A stretch of 64,000 nt of DNA from positions 5,704,001 to 5,768,000 of the forward strand of contig OZ024765.1 of NCBI GenBank assembly GCA_964016885.1, given 5' to 3'. The position numbers and the translations under genes were made by a program. The DNA comes from Eledone cirrhosa (lineage: Eukaryota). Shown here one piece after another: positions 1-10,071 of this stretch; positions within the stretch are counted from its first letter, which is position 1; the number at the start of each line of letters is the position of its first letter. The notes under the pieces were generated by a model, which was not told where the DNA came from, did not search any database, and saw only the letters and a list, made by a program, of their open reading frames with translations.

Positions 1-310
1 GTTAGTAGGGAGGTGGTTTAGGGACCAAGTCTGACAATTGTCTCCTTTGCTATAGGTTTAAGAAGCAACTCCACTTCTTACTGCTCACTCATGTGGGTGG
101 CCAACTCCACCCTGATAAGAGTTAGTAGGGAGGTGGTTTAGGGACCAAGTCTGACAATTGTCTCCATTGCTATAGTTTTAACAAGAAGACACTCTAGCTT
201 ATGGGGCTCACTGCAGTGTGTATCCAACTCCACACTGATAACAGCCGGTAGGTTGTATGGGGACCAAGAATGCCAGAAATCTCCACCACTATAGTTTAAC
301 AAGAAGCCAT
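1..310. repeat. ~120-bp tandem repeat (2 near-identical copies plus 1 degenerate; continues off the left edge)
   Basis: gttagtagggaggtggtttagggaccaagtctgacaattg at 1 and 121; diverged copy at ~241. Confidence 0.85.
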
Positions 311-819
311 GTCACTAAAAAGACACATTATAACAGAGAATGTTGATGTTACAATCAAGCATTTTGTGTCAAGACATTACAGCATTACCTCAAGTGATAG
401 AGGCTTCGTCAATTATACACTACAACAGGGAATGTTCGTATTACACCCCCACCCCAAACATTTCTGAGACAAGTCACAGCATTACATCAGGTGATAGGAG
501 GTCCCCCAATTACACATTATAACAAAATAGTGTTGGCAAAAGGAAAAGAAAGATGAAATTTCTTGCATAGATTAAAAATAAGTTTAAGAAGTCAAGAGAT
601 ATGAACAAGAATTTAATTCCAGTTAAAAACATAATTTCAAAAGTGGCAAGCAATGCTTGGAGTCTGTAAATACCAAGGGTTCCTTCCTGAGGTTGGTAGA
701 CAATATGTTTATATTTGTCAGAGGAAGGGTGTCTCACATTTCAGTTAAAATTCTTTCCCTTAAATGTATGTCTGTGTTTATTTAAGTTACCTTCAGAGAA
801 AAAAGATTTCCCACATATT

Positions 820-1707
820 TCACAGTAATAGAGTTTCTCTCCAGTGTGTTCTTTTGTGTTGAGTCAAATTACTGCGACTGATAAAATATTTCCCACATAT
901 TTCACAGTGATAGGGTCTTTCTTCAGTGTGTGTTCTTTTATGTACAGTTAAATAACTGCTTGTTACAAAAGATTTCCCACAAATTTCACAATCGAAGGGC
1001 TTTTCTCCAGTGTGTGTTCTTTTGTGAACAGTTAAATTACTGTTATAAGAAAAAGATTTCCCACATATTTCACAGTGATACAGTTTCTCTCCAGTGTGTG
1101 TTCTTGTGTGAATGAGAAGTTCAGCATTTTCTGCAAACGCTTTCCCACATATATCACAGTGAAATGGTTTTTCTCCCGTGTGAGTACGTATATGTCTAAT
1201 AAGATGGCAATTCAATGTAAAAGTTTTCCCACATATATCACAGCGGAAAGGTTTTTCTCCAGTATGAGTACGTATATGTCTAACAAGATTAGTATTCCAA
1301 GCGAAAGATTTCTCACAAATTTCACAACTGAAGGGTTTTTTCCCGCTGTGTATTCTCTTATGAACGAGAAGATGAGCATTCTGAGTGAAAGATTTCCCAC
1401 ATACTTCACAACGAGAGGGTTTCTCTCCAGTGTGTGTTCTTTTATGTACAGTCAAATCTCTGTTATAAGGAAACGATTTCCCACATATTTCACAACGACA
1501 GGGTTTATCTTTAGTGTGTTTGTGTGTGGATAATCCATCTTCTGATGAGAAAGTTTTCCTACAAATCTCACAGCTATATTCGGGAATATTTCTGTGTAAT
1601 GATCCTTGTTCTGTACATGTTTCACTTGGTAAAGGTTTCTCACCACTGTATGTCTGTGTAACTGTATCTATATTGGTAGAAATGTCCAAGTGTTTAACGT
1701 CCTCCAT
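820..1707 (-). CDS. C2H2 zinc-finger protein ZNF-A (9 fingers; the first lacks its 2nd His; a 3' frameshift cuts off a 10th finger)
   Basis: Repeated CxxC-12-HxxxH with TGEKP linkers. Ends HWRETLLL* because agaacacactgg lacks one 'ac'; the shifted frame continues [28 protein letters not shown] to a stop at ~741. Confidence 0.9.
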   Translation of the reverse strand: MEDVKHLDISTNIDTVTQTYSGEKPLPSETCTEQGSLHRNIPEYSCEICRKTFSSEDGLSTHKHTKDKPCRCEICGKSFPYNRDLTVHKRTHTGEKPSRCEVCGKSFTQNAHLLVHKRIHSGKKPFSCEICEKSFAWNTNLVRHIRTHTGEKPFRCDICGKTFTLNCHLIRHIRTHTGEKPFHCDICGKAFAENAELLIHTRTHTGEKLYHCEICGKSFSYNSNLTVHKRTHTGEKPFDCEICGKSFVTSSYLTVHKRTHTEERPYHCEICGKYFISRSNLTQHKRTHWRETLLL

Positions 1708-2668
1708 AGTAATCCTTGAAGAATTCTTAGAAATTAAGAAGATATATGACTGTGTGAGACTGAGAGTGGAGTAAGAAAATGTTTGTATTTATATTTTTGT
1801 ATGTATATATATATATATATAATGTGTGTGTGTGTGTGTTTTAATAAGTACAAAAAATATCTGCTGTGTTGATAATACAAATAATGCGATAGATATCTTT
1901 GTATATGTTAGTCTCAATGAATAAGTGTGAGTGTATCTATAAATATGTACCTAATAAATCGTAATTTTTCACAACGGAGTGTAGAAAAGTACACAATATC
2001 TGTTGTGTTGACAATACAAATAATACGTACTTTATATTTCAAGTTCAAATGTAAAGTTAAGAAAGACCAGGAAAGCTAATTGTTCAGATGTTGGTGATTT
2101 AATCCTATTTCTCACTGTCATGTAAATTGTGAGATAATTCCTACACAAGATATAATTAGATTGATTAACGTTATAAATAAGAGAGCAGGTACTTGGTGTC
2201 GTTGATAATGTTTCCTTACCTCCCTTGAACGGTGTCATACGTTAAATATCCCTGACATAATTTAATACATTCAGTTACGAGTAAGTTAATAAGTTCGATA
2301 TTGAATCGATTTCCTACTTCGTTCTCCTCTATGACTAAATTCTAATTTTAAGTTTTCTAATTTTAAGTTTTCTTATTACTTTAAGTTAAGGTGTCAATGA
2401 CGCTACATAAAAGTTCACGTATCTCGGGTGTGTCGAAGGGGAGAATGGGTAGAATACGGAGCTTCAAATAGTTTTCAGAGTATATGAAAAGATGGGTATT
2501 GATATGCATGTGTAGATGTAACTATGTGATTATGATTGTATATGTTTTATTGTTTGTGTGGGAGAATATGTTAAAATTTGTTTAGTTACACGCGGGTAAA
2601 AAAAAAAAGCATGTGTGTTGGGGAGATTGCCAAAAGTTGGAGGACGGCTGACCAGAAGAGGGAGGACG

Positions 2669-2827
2669 ATGGCGTCACGAGGGTCAGGGGTTACTGCCTG
2701 CGCTTTTTTTTTGCTAGCAGTTCATGTGGTGTGAAGCGAGATTGAGAGAGGCTCTGATACCCAAAATTCGGATTTACCGCAGGTGGACGGTGGAACGACT
2801 CTGCCCAAAGTGAATCGAAGACGCAAG
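2669..2827 (+). other. Putative first coding exon (signal-peptide-like) with in-frame TGA; possible pseudo-exon
   Basis: ATG at 2669 gives MASRGSGVTACAFFLLAVHVV*SEIERGSDTQNSDLPQVDGGTTLPKVNRRRK, ending at the consensus donor AAG|GTAAGT (2828); lies in a GC/CpG-richer patch. Confidence 0.4.
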
Positions 2828-3381
2828 GTAAGTCCGAATGATTCAGGCTACCTGTGTGAAAGTTTGAAAGTGTATTTGAAGTTACTATTATTTGTTTATA
2901 AAGGTGTGTATGTGAATGATGTTCATATATGTGAGTATGTATATGTTTGTGTGTGTTAAGTTGGTCCGAAGATCGAAGGGGGGGAAGTGAGGTGCTGGCG
3001 CACGCAGAACGGAAGTAGTAGTGATGGTGGTGTGTACGTAAGTGGTGGCGTTGGAGAGCAGGTGTTAGTAAACTAATGAGGTAGGAAGAGGGACCGAGGG
3101 TTGCGTGTGACATTAAACAATAGTCTTCACCCATTTATGACCACATTTCTAATGAAATACATTCTATTTTAATTAATTAATAAAGAATTTTGAGGGATTT
3201 ACTAAAATTATTGTTTCATTAGTAAGATAGTAATTTAACAATGTTCTTATAAAAAATTATGTTGGAAGATTTTAATTTAAATTAGAAAACGTTAAAATGG
3301 GTGGTTTTATTTCACAGAATCAGAGCTAGTTTTGACTGGGTTTGTAACTAAAGGGTTAAATAATCATATCAAACACCACTC

Positions 3382-3900
3382 GGTGATACTTGGTTTTAGT
3401 GTCCTAAATTATTATCATCGACATTCAATTATTAGCTCCACCCACTACACGAAACGTCACGACTCCGTCATCAGCTTTGGCCCATCTCATCCCTTATCGC
3501 CTTTCTGTTTGAAGCATTTTTCTTTCCATTATTGGATCAGTGTATTGAGTGTGTGTGTATACATGCACGCATGTTAATGTGTGTGCATTCGATGGGGGTT
3601 ATGACATGTACAAACTTCCGAGTTCATGTTAGGAAATAAATGAGTTTAATTTAGGCAGCAGTCAACTTTTGATGTCTACTGTTTTGTTTGGCTTTTGAGT
3701 CTCTTTATGTCGTAATAACTGGTTGTGGACAATTGAAACACCTGTTGTTTACTTCCCAGAAAACTACCTGTCGTTTTGTTCTCTGCTGTTTATTAACTGA
3801 TTTCAAACAAAGGCGATAAGGGATGAGATGGGCAAAAGCTGATGACGTTTCGTGTAGTGGGTGGAGATGATAATTTAGGACACTAAAACCAAGCATCGCC
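3382..3900. mobile_element. MITE-like non-autonomous DNA element with ~100-130-bp terminal inverted repeats
   Basis: 3382-3512 is the reverse complement (with indels) of 3801-3900; flanks caccactc / caccacta resemble an 8-bp TSD. Confidence 0.7.
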
Positions 3901-4249
3901 CACCACTATTTTAAAAGGACATTAGACAAATAAAACGTCTTAAATCGTGGTACCAGTACTACCACCTTACAGAGTATACTGGGTGCCTTTATGTCGTTTC
4001 ATGGTCAGAGCATTATTTCCCTTTTTTTAAAACTTTTTTCTCTTTCACCTCTTAATTTTCTTCATACTAAATTACATGGTCAGATTAGCTGTATGGAATG
4101 GAGGATTTTCGTGGGAATTCTTGGCAGATATATAAAAAATCCTTGAGACACCCAGAGTCGTTTTCTTGACTTGAAACTTTGGAATGTAAATATAAACTTT
4201 ACTTTCTCTCTCTTCAGTTTATCCACTCTCCTTATACAATGTCTAGGCT

Positions 4250-4860
4250 CAGGTCAGCTGTACTAAACCTGCTAAACAAAGGGTCTGAAAGTCTCTTCAG
4301 TTGTACCTTAGACATGACAACCTCCAAACTATTGGTGATTTATATCATAAATGTACCTGGTACACTCTGTAAATTGTTTGTTGATAGGAAAGGCCCCCAG
4401 CTATAGAAAACCTGCTAAATAAAGGGTCAGGATGACTCTTCAGTTGTGTCAAAGAGATGACAATCTCCTGAGTGTTGATGTCACAACAAAATACACTCAG
4501 TCAAGCATGGGAACGTATATAAGCAAGGTACTTGCCCCTGGTCCATCTGAAAGGTCTGTAGACCTGTTTGCTGTCCAACCCTTGTTAACAGAGATAATTG
4601 TGATGACGTGCTATATACATACACAACTACTTTAGTGTTGGTGAATCACACAATCACCCAATACACTCAATAAAGTGGTTGGTGCTAGAAAGGGCACCCA
4701 ACTGGAAGAAACCTGTCACAATAAAATGTACTCATTAAAACACAGGATTATATTTGAGGCCCACAGCCCACATCAAGGTCAGAGAGAAGTTCTGCTTGAG
4801 TACTAACCAATCTGTGACAGTCCAACCCTTGCTTGCAGGGAAGATGGATGCTAATGACAC
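4250..4860 (+). mobile_element. Degenerate SINE/RTE-tail-related remnants
   Basis: gtggttggtgctagaaagggcacccaactg resembles the RTE 3' UTR motif gtggttggtgttaggaagggcatccaactg (~26165); internal duplication at ~4256/4400. Confidence 0.45.
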
Positions 4861-5001
4861 ATTTTCTATATGGTTAGATCTCAGAAACATAGTACTAATC
4901 AACTATATACATGTTCTCAGTTTTGATTAGTCTCAAACTTTTATTTGACTCTTCCAACATAATTTTATATACAATGTGTGTATATTGTTGCTGTGTTGTT
5001 G

Positions 5002-5310
5002 CCAGCATGGGTTAGACGGGTTGTCCTGTTGTGTTGTGAGCAGTGCCAGGTCAGGTAACCATGGCCTTGAACCTTCCTAACTCCAACCTCATTTACAGTG
5101 AGTACTGGGTGCTTTTTTGTCGTGACACCTACACGACCACTTTACAGTGGGAGGGGGTGGGGGCATATTGTCTATATGCTTCAGCTTGTTCCCATGGGAA
5201 GTTGGGTCTTCTGTATTACTGCATGATGCCAGAGGTCACAGTCCTGTGTCATCGCCTTTGAGAGGTGTAATTGGGTAAGGTCAGCTTTTATCACCTCATC
5301 CCAGGTCTTC
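5002..5310 (-). mobile_element. RTE LINE 3'-end fragment
   Basis: Reverse complement closely matches ~25090-25475 (KTWDEVIKADLTQLHLSK plus 3' UTR). Confidence 0.85.
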
Positions 5311-5499
5311 TTTGCATATGGAGTGAAATTTAGGACAATAATACAATTTATATAATTAATAATGAAAAATTAATAAATTATTTACAAAAGAAACAAATCA
5401 ATAAAAAAAGAAACAGAAATACAGGTAAAAACTACTCCTTCAGTTACCATCACAGAATTTTAGTGATCATCTTCGCGTATGTATTCCTGGAAAGGTTAT

Positions 5500-6060
5500 A
5501 GGGTCAGAGTCCACAACCATGCCTTCAAGCAGAAGGACCCCTCTCCAAATGGTTTGGCTGGAGCCCAAAGTGAGACCAGCCAAGCTCAAGGATGTTATTC
5601 AACCATCTTGCTTGGAGTCTACACCTAGGTTTCCTGGTGGTTGGTTTTGCCCATAAAATCTCCACCAATTCTTTCCTGAGAAATTCTAATCACTTGTCTG
5701 TAATGTCAGAGCTGTGATCTCTCAATTCAGAAAAGTAGTGGCTCTACCTGGAGTGACTCTCTGTTCTCCGAGCTACAAATATCTCCAGTGATTCTTTCCT
5801 GAGACATTCTAACCACATGTCCATAGTATCAGAGCTGTGATCTCTCATTTAGGAGAAGTAGCAGCTCTACCTGGAGTGACTCTCTGTTCTCCGAGCTACA
5901 AATATCTCCAGTGATTCTTTCCTGAGACATTCTAACCACATGTCCATAGTATCAGAGCTGTGAACTCTCATTTAGGAGAAGTAGCAGCTCTACCTGGAGT
6001 GACTCTCTGTTCTCCGAGCTACACACTCTATTGAGTAAAAATTACACCAAAGACTATGGA
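5500..6060 (-). mobile_element. Degenerate RTE C-terminal fragment whose ~123-bp coding segment is tandemly triplicated (5669-6025)
   Basis: Minus translation SSENRESLQVELLLL..SQL*YYGHVVRMSQER and AKPTTRKPRCRLQARWLNNILELGW resembles RTE C-terminal motifs (RWFGHV.RM, RPRGRP). Confidence 0.7.
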
Positions 6061-6094
6061 GGAACCCCAAGATTCATGACCAGGTTTGGCACTA

Positions 6095-6372
6095 ATAACT
6101 GTTTCTATTTTTGGCACAAGGCCAGCAATTATCCCAGTGCATTACTGGTACTTTATTTTATCGACCCCGTAAGGATGAAAGGCAAAGTTAACCTTGGGGG
6201 GGATTTGAACTCAGACCATAACTCTAAGCTGCTAAGCATGGCGTCCGACCCTCTACCAATAGTGCCAATCCACCAGTTTGGCACTAATAATTGCTTCTAC
6301 TTTTGGCACAAGGCCAGCAAATACCCAGTACATTACTGGTACTTTATTTTATCGACCCCCCCATAAGGATTG
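6095..6372 (-). mobile_element. tRNA-derived SINE (near full copy plus a partial tandem copy)
   Basis: Matches the SINE at 28683-28856 (ggcacaaggccagcaatt...actggtactttattttatcgacccc...gatttgaactcaga). Confidence 0.85.
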
Positions 6373-6835
6373 AATATAGCAGTGATGTTACAGATACAAA
6401 TACAATTTATATAATAATGAAAAACTAATAAATGATTTACAAAAGGCCAATAAATTATAAAAACAGTCAGTTACCCAGTGAAATTTCTGAAACAAGACCT
6501 GACATTACCTTAGGTGATAGTGTTCCTCAATTACACACTACATCAATGCTGTTCTCTAAAGTTTATGTGACAAGACACTCATAACATTATAGTGTCCCTC
6601 ATTTACATATTACAGCAAGGAAAAGAAAAACAATTCTTGCATAGATTAAAAATTATTTGAAGAAAACAAAGAATAGATATGAACAAGAATTTAATTCCAA
6701 CTAAAAATATATTTTAAAATTGACAAGAAATGCTTGGCGTCTGTAGAACTACTAAGGGTTCCCTCGTAATGTTGGTCGAAAACAAGTTTAGAAATGTTAG
6801 ACGTCCTTCCTCTTACAAAGTAAGAGGAAGGATGT

Positions 6836-8311
6836 CTAACATTTCTCTACAGTATGTGTTTCTTTGTGTTTATTTAAGTTACTATTGGAGGCAAAAGTTT
6901 TCCCACATATTTCACAGTGATAGGGCTTCTCTCCAGTGTGTCTTCTTTTGTGTTCATTTAAGTGACTGCGCTTGGCAAAAGATTTCCCACATATTTCACA
7001 ATGGAAGGGCTTTTCTCCAGTGTGTGTTTTTTTATGTTCAGTCAAATTAGCGCTTTGTACAAAAGATTTCCCACATATTTCACAGAGATACGGTTTCTCT
7101 CCACTGTGTGTTCTTTTGTGTTCAATTAACAGACAGCTCTTGATAAAAGATTTCCCACATATTTCACAACGGAAGGGCTTTTCTCCACTGTGTGTTTTTT
7201 TATGTTCAGTCAAGTCACTTATCCTGACAAAAGATTTTTCACATATTTCACAGGAAAAAGGTTTTTCTCCAGTGTGTCTTCTTTTGTGAACTAGAAGAAC
7301 AGCATTTTCAGCAAAGGTTTTCCCACATATTTCACAGTGGAAGCTTTTTTCTCCAGTGTGACTACGTATATGCCTAACAAGCTTAACTTTTTCAGTGAAA
7401 GATTTCCTACATATTTCACAGTGGAAAGGTTTTTCACCAGTGTGTGTACGTATATGCCTAACAAGATTAGTTTTCAGAGTGAAAGATTTCCCACATATTT
7501 CACAGTGATAGGGTTTCTCTCCAGTGTGTGTTCTATTATGTACAGTTAAATGACTGTTTGTGGCAAAAGATTTCCCACATATTTCACAGTGATGGGGTTT
7601 TTCTTCAGTGTGTGTTCTTACGTGTACAGTTAAATTGCTGTTATAGGGAAAACATTTCCCACATATTTCACAGTGGTAGGGTTTCTCTCCAGTGTGTGTT
7701 CTTCTGTGTTTAGTTATGTCACTACTCATGCCAAACGATTTCCCACATATTTCACAGTTAAAGGGTTTTTCTCCACTATGTTTTGTTTTGTGTGCAGTTA
7801 AATTACTGATAGTGGCAAAAGATTTACTACATATTTCACAGTGATAAGGTTTCTCTCCAGTGTGTGTTCTTTTGTGAACTAGAAGACTTGTATTTTCAGT
7901 GAATGACTTCCCACATATTTCACAGTGCCAGGGTTTTACTCCAGAGTGACTACGTAAATGCCTAACAAGTTTAGTTTTCTCAGGGAAAGATTTCTCACAT
8001 ATTTGGCAGTGGTAGGGTTTTTCTCCAGTGTGACTACGTATGTGGATATAAAGACCAGAATTTCTATGAAAGGATTTCCCACATATTTCACAGTGGAAGC
8101 GTTTATCTTTAGTGTGTATGTGTTTATGTGTGGATAATTCGTCTTCTGATGAGAAAGTTTTCCTACAAATCTCACAGCTATATTCAGGAATATTTCTGTG
8201 TAATGATCCTTGTTCTGTACATGTTTCACTTGGTAAAGGTTTCTCACCACTGTATGTCTGTGTAACTGTATCTATATTGGTAGAAATGTCCAAGTGTTTA
8301 ACGTCCTCCAT
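6836..8311 (-). CDS. C2H2 zinc-finger protein ZNF-B (16 fingers, 491 aa)
   Basis: Uninterrupted ORF; start placed at the MEDVKHL ATG (8311) shared with both paralogues. Confidence 0.93.
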   Translation of the reverse strand: MEDVKHLDISTNIDTVTQTYSGEKPLPSETCTEQGSLHRNIPEYSCEICRKTFSSEDELSTHKHIHTKDKRFHCEICGKSFHRNSGLYIHIRSHTGEKPYHCQICEKSFPEKTKLVRHLRSHSGVKPWHCEICGKSFTENTSLLVHKRTHTGEKPYHCEICSKSFATISNLTAHKTKHSGEKPFNCEICGKSFGMSSDITKHRRTHTGEKPYHCEICGKCFPYNSNLTVHVRTHTEEKPHHCEICGKSFATNSHLTVHNRTHTGEKPYHCEICGKSFTLKTNLVRHIRTHTGEKPFHCEICRKSFTEKVKLVRHIRSHTGEKSFHCEICGKTFAENAVLLVHKRRHTGEKPFSCEICEKSFVRISDLTEHKKTHSGEKPFRCEICGKSFIKSCLLIEHKRTHSGEKPYLCEICGKSFVQSANLTEHKKTHTGEKPFHCEICGKSFAKRSHLNEHKRRHTGEKPYHCEICGKTFASNSNLNKHKETHTVEKC

Positions 8312-9035
8312 TGTAATTCTTGAAAGCTCAGAATAGATATTAGTGTAAGAAAGATATTGGAGTGAGAAAGACTGACAGACAGACAGATAGATTTGTATGT
8401 TTGTTCCAATAAATATATGTCTGTACATGTGTGTATATATATATATATATGACTGTGAGCAGTTAACCTAATAAATCCGAATTGTTCACAACGGAGTGTA
8501 GAAAAGTACACAATATCTGTTGTGTTGACAATACAAATAATACGTACTTTATATTTCAAGTTCAAATGTAAAGTTAAGAAAGACCAGGAAAGCTAATTGT
8601 TCAGATGTTGGTGATTTAAACCTATTTCTCACTGTCCTGTAACATGTGGAACAACCAATTCACGATGTAGCGTAGTTTCTCATGAAATGAAATATTTAAT
8701 CATGTAGGTGATGGAACACCTACCTTGAAACATGTAGCTCATCCTATGTTATCTACAGAATATTAACTTTCACCTTAACATGAAATAATTACTACACAAG
8801 ATATAATTAGATTAATTAAAGTTATAAATAAAAGAGCAGGTACTTGGTGTCGTTGACAATGTTTCCTTCCCTTGAATGAAACCGGTGTCATACGTTAAAT
8901 GTCCCTGACATAATTTAATACGTTGTTATATTAATTCACTCCATTAATTGTATCCAACCTATAGAAAAGCAAACAACATCACCTAGTGAAATAATTATTA
9001 CCCATCAACGAGGAAGTCTTTAACCTTGTTACTTG
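8312..9035 (-). repeat. 5' flank of ZNF-B; inverted copy of the ZNF-C 5' flank (21660-22389) and partial copy of the ZNF-A flank (~1955-2270)
   Basis: Near-identical reverse complement over ~600 bp, more diverged over the distal ~100 bp. Confidence 0.9.
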
Positions 9036-9201
9036 TGTTGCCATGTGAACAGAACTGCAGACACTAATGTTTCTGGGTATCACTCTTCATCAGTACAGCT
9101 CACGGTTCACCTGCCAAACTGTCAGAGCTAGTGATTGCACTGATGAAGGGTGATACCCACAAACATTAGTGTCTGCAGTTCTGTTCACATGCCAACACAA
9201 G
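9032..9201. mobile_element. Palindromic element carrying hammerhead-like motifs (Penelope-like pLTR remnant)
   Basis: Arms 9032-9103 / 9131-9201 are inverted. Minus strand reads gagctgta-CTGATGA-agagtgataccca-GAAACattagtGTC-tgcagttc. Confidence 0.6.
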
Positions 9202-9379
9202 AGCAAGAATGAAGTCTTCATGCTACTGACATGGCTATAAAATTGAGGATTGTTTGCAAAATTGCAAACGAATCGAATGTTATTATTAATATTCGAAAAA
9301 CTCAGATTACGTTTATTGTATTCAGCGAAATATATATATATATATATATATAATGTATAAAAATCAATACAATATAATA

Positions 9380-9449
9380 CCTCATTACCAGAGGTTTCCC
9401 GAATGAGACGAATACGAAAGAAACGTCTTCATTCGTTCGTCGGACGAGG
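9380..9449 (-). ncRNA. Type I hammerhead ribozyme-like motif (core variant CCGACGA) within a Penelope-like element spanning ~9354-9680
   Basis: Minus strand: stem I cctcgt/atgagg, CCGACGA, long stem II cgaatga-agacg/cgtct-cattcg, GAAAC-ctct-GGTA. A partial inverted copy starts at ~9562. Confidence 0.6.
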
Positions 9450-9679
9450 CAATATAAAACATGGCTAAATACTTGGAAAGTCTCATCAAGAAAAGCGAAA
9501 AAAATGATATATAAATATAAACAAAGGAATTACAATAGCCATATGAAATATATAAAAATCTTCTGGTAATGAGGTAATTATATTGTATTGATTTTTATAC
9601 AATTTATTTTGCTCTGGTAATTACATAGAGCACTCTTCATTTGTATGACCTTTTCTGTTTTCTACGGAAATTTCAATAC

Positions 9680-9680
9680 T

Positions 9681-9769
<89 letters not shown>

Positions 9770-10071
9770 TTATATATAATATATATTATATATATATATA
9801 ATATATATAATATATATTATATATATATATAATTGTTTCTACTTTAGGCACAAAGCCAGCAAATACCCAGTACATTACTCGTACTTTATTTTATCGACCC
9901 CGTAAGGATGAAATATATATATATTATATATATATATATATTATATATATTATATATATATTATATATATATATATTATATATATATATAATATATATAT
10001 ATATATAATATATATATATATATTATATATATATATATATTATATATATATAATATATATATATATTATAT
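9680..10071. repeat. (TA)n microsatellite with an embedded SINE fragment (~9830-9912)
   Basis: Seen directly. Confidence 0.9.

Noticed and set aside
930-1774. Overlapping antisense and alternate-frame ORFs on the ZNF and RTE genes
   Set aside because: Shadow ORFs produced by repetitive codon structure
2691-3134. 147-aa His-rich minus-strand ORF
   Set aside because: Composition explained by (TG)-rich low-complexity sequence; no recognisable motif
8312-8428. 39-aa N-terminal extension of ZNF-B
   Set aside because: The equivalent ZNF-C sequence has an in-frame stop and ZNF-A differs; the region looks like an intron 3' end
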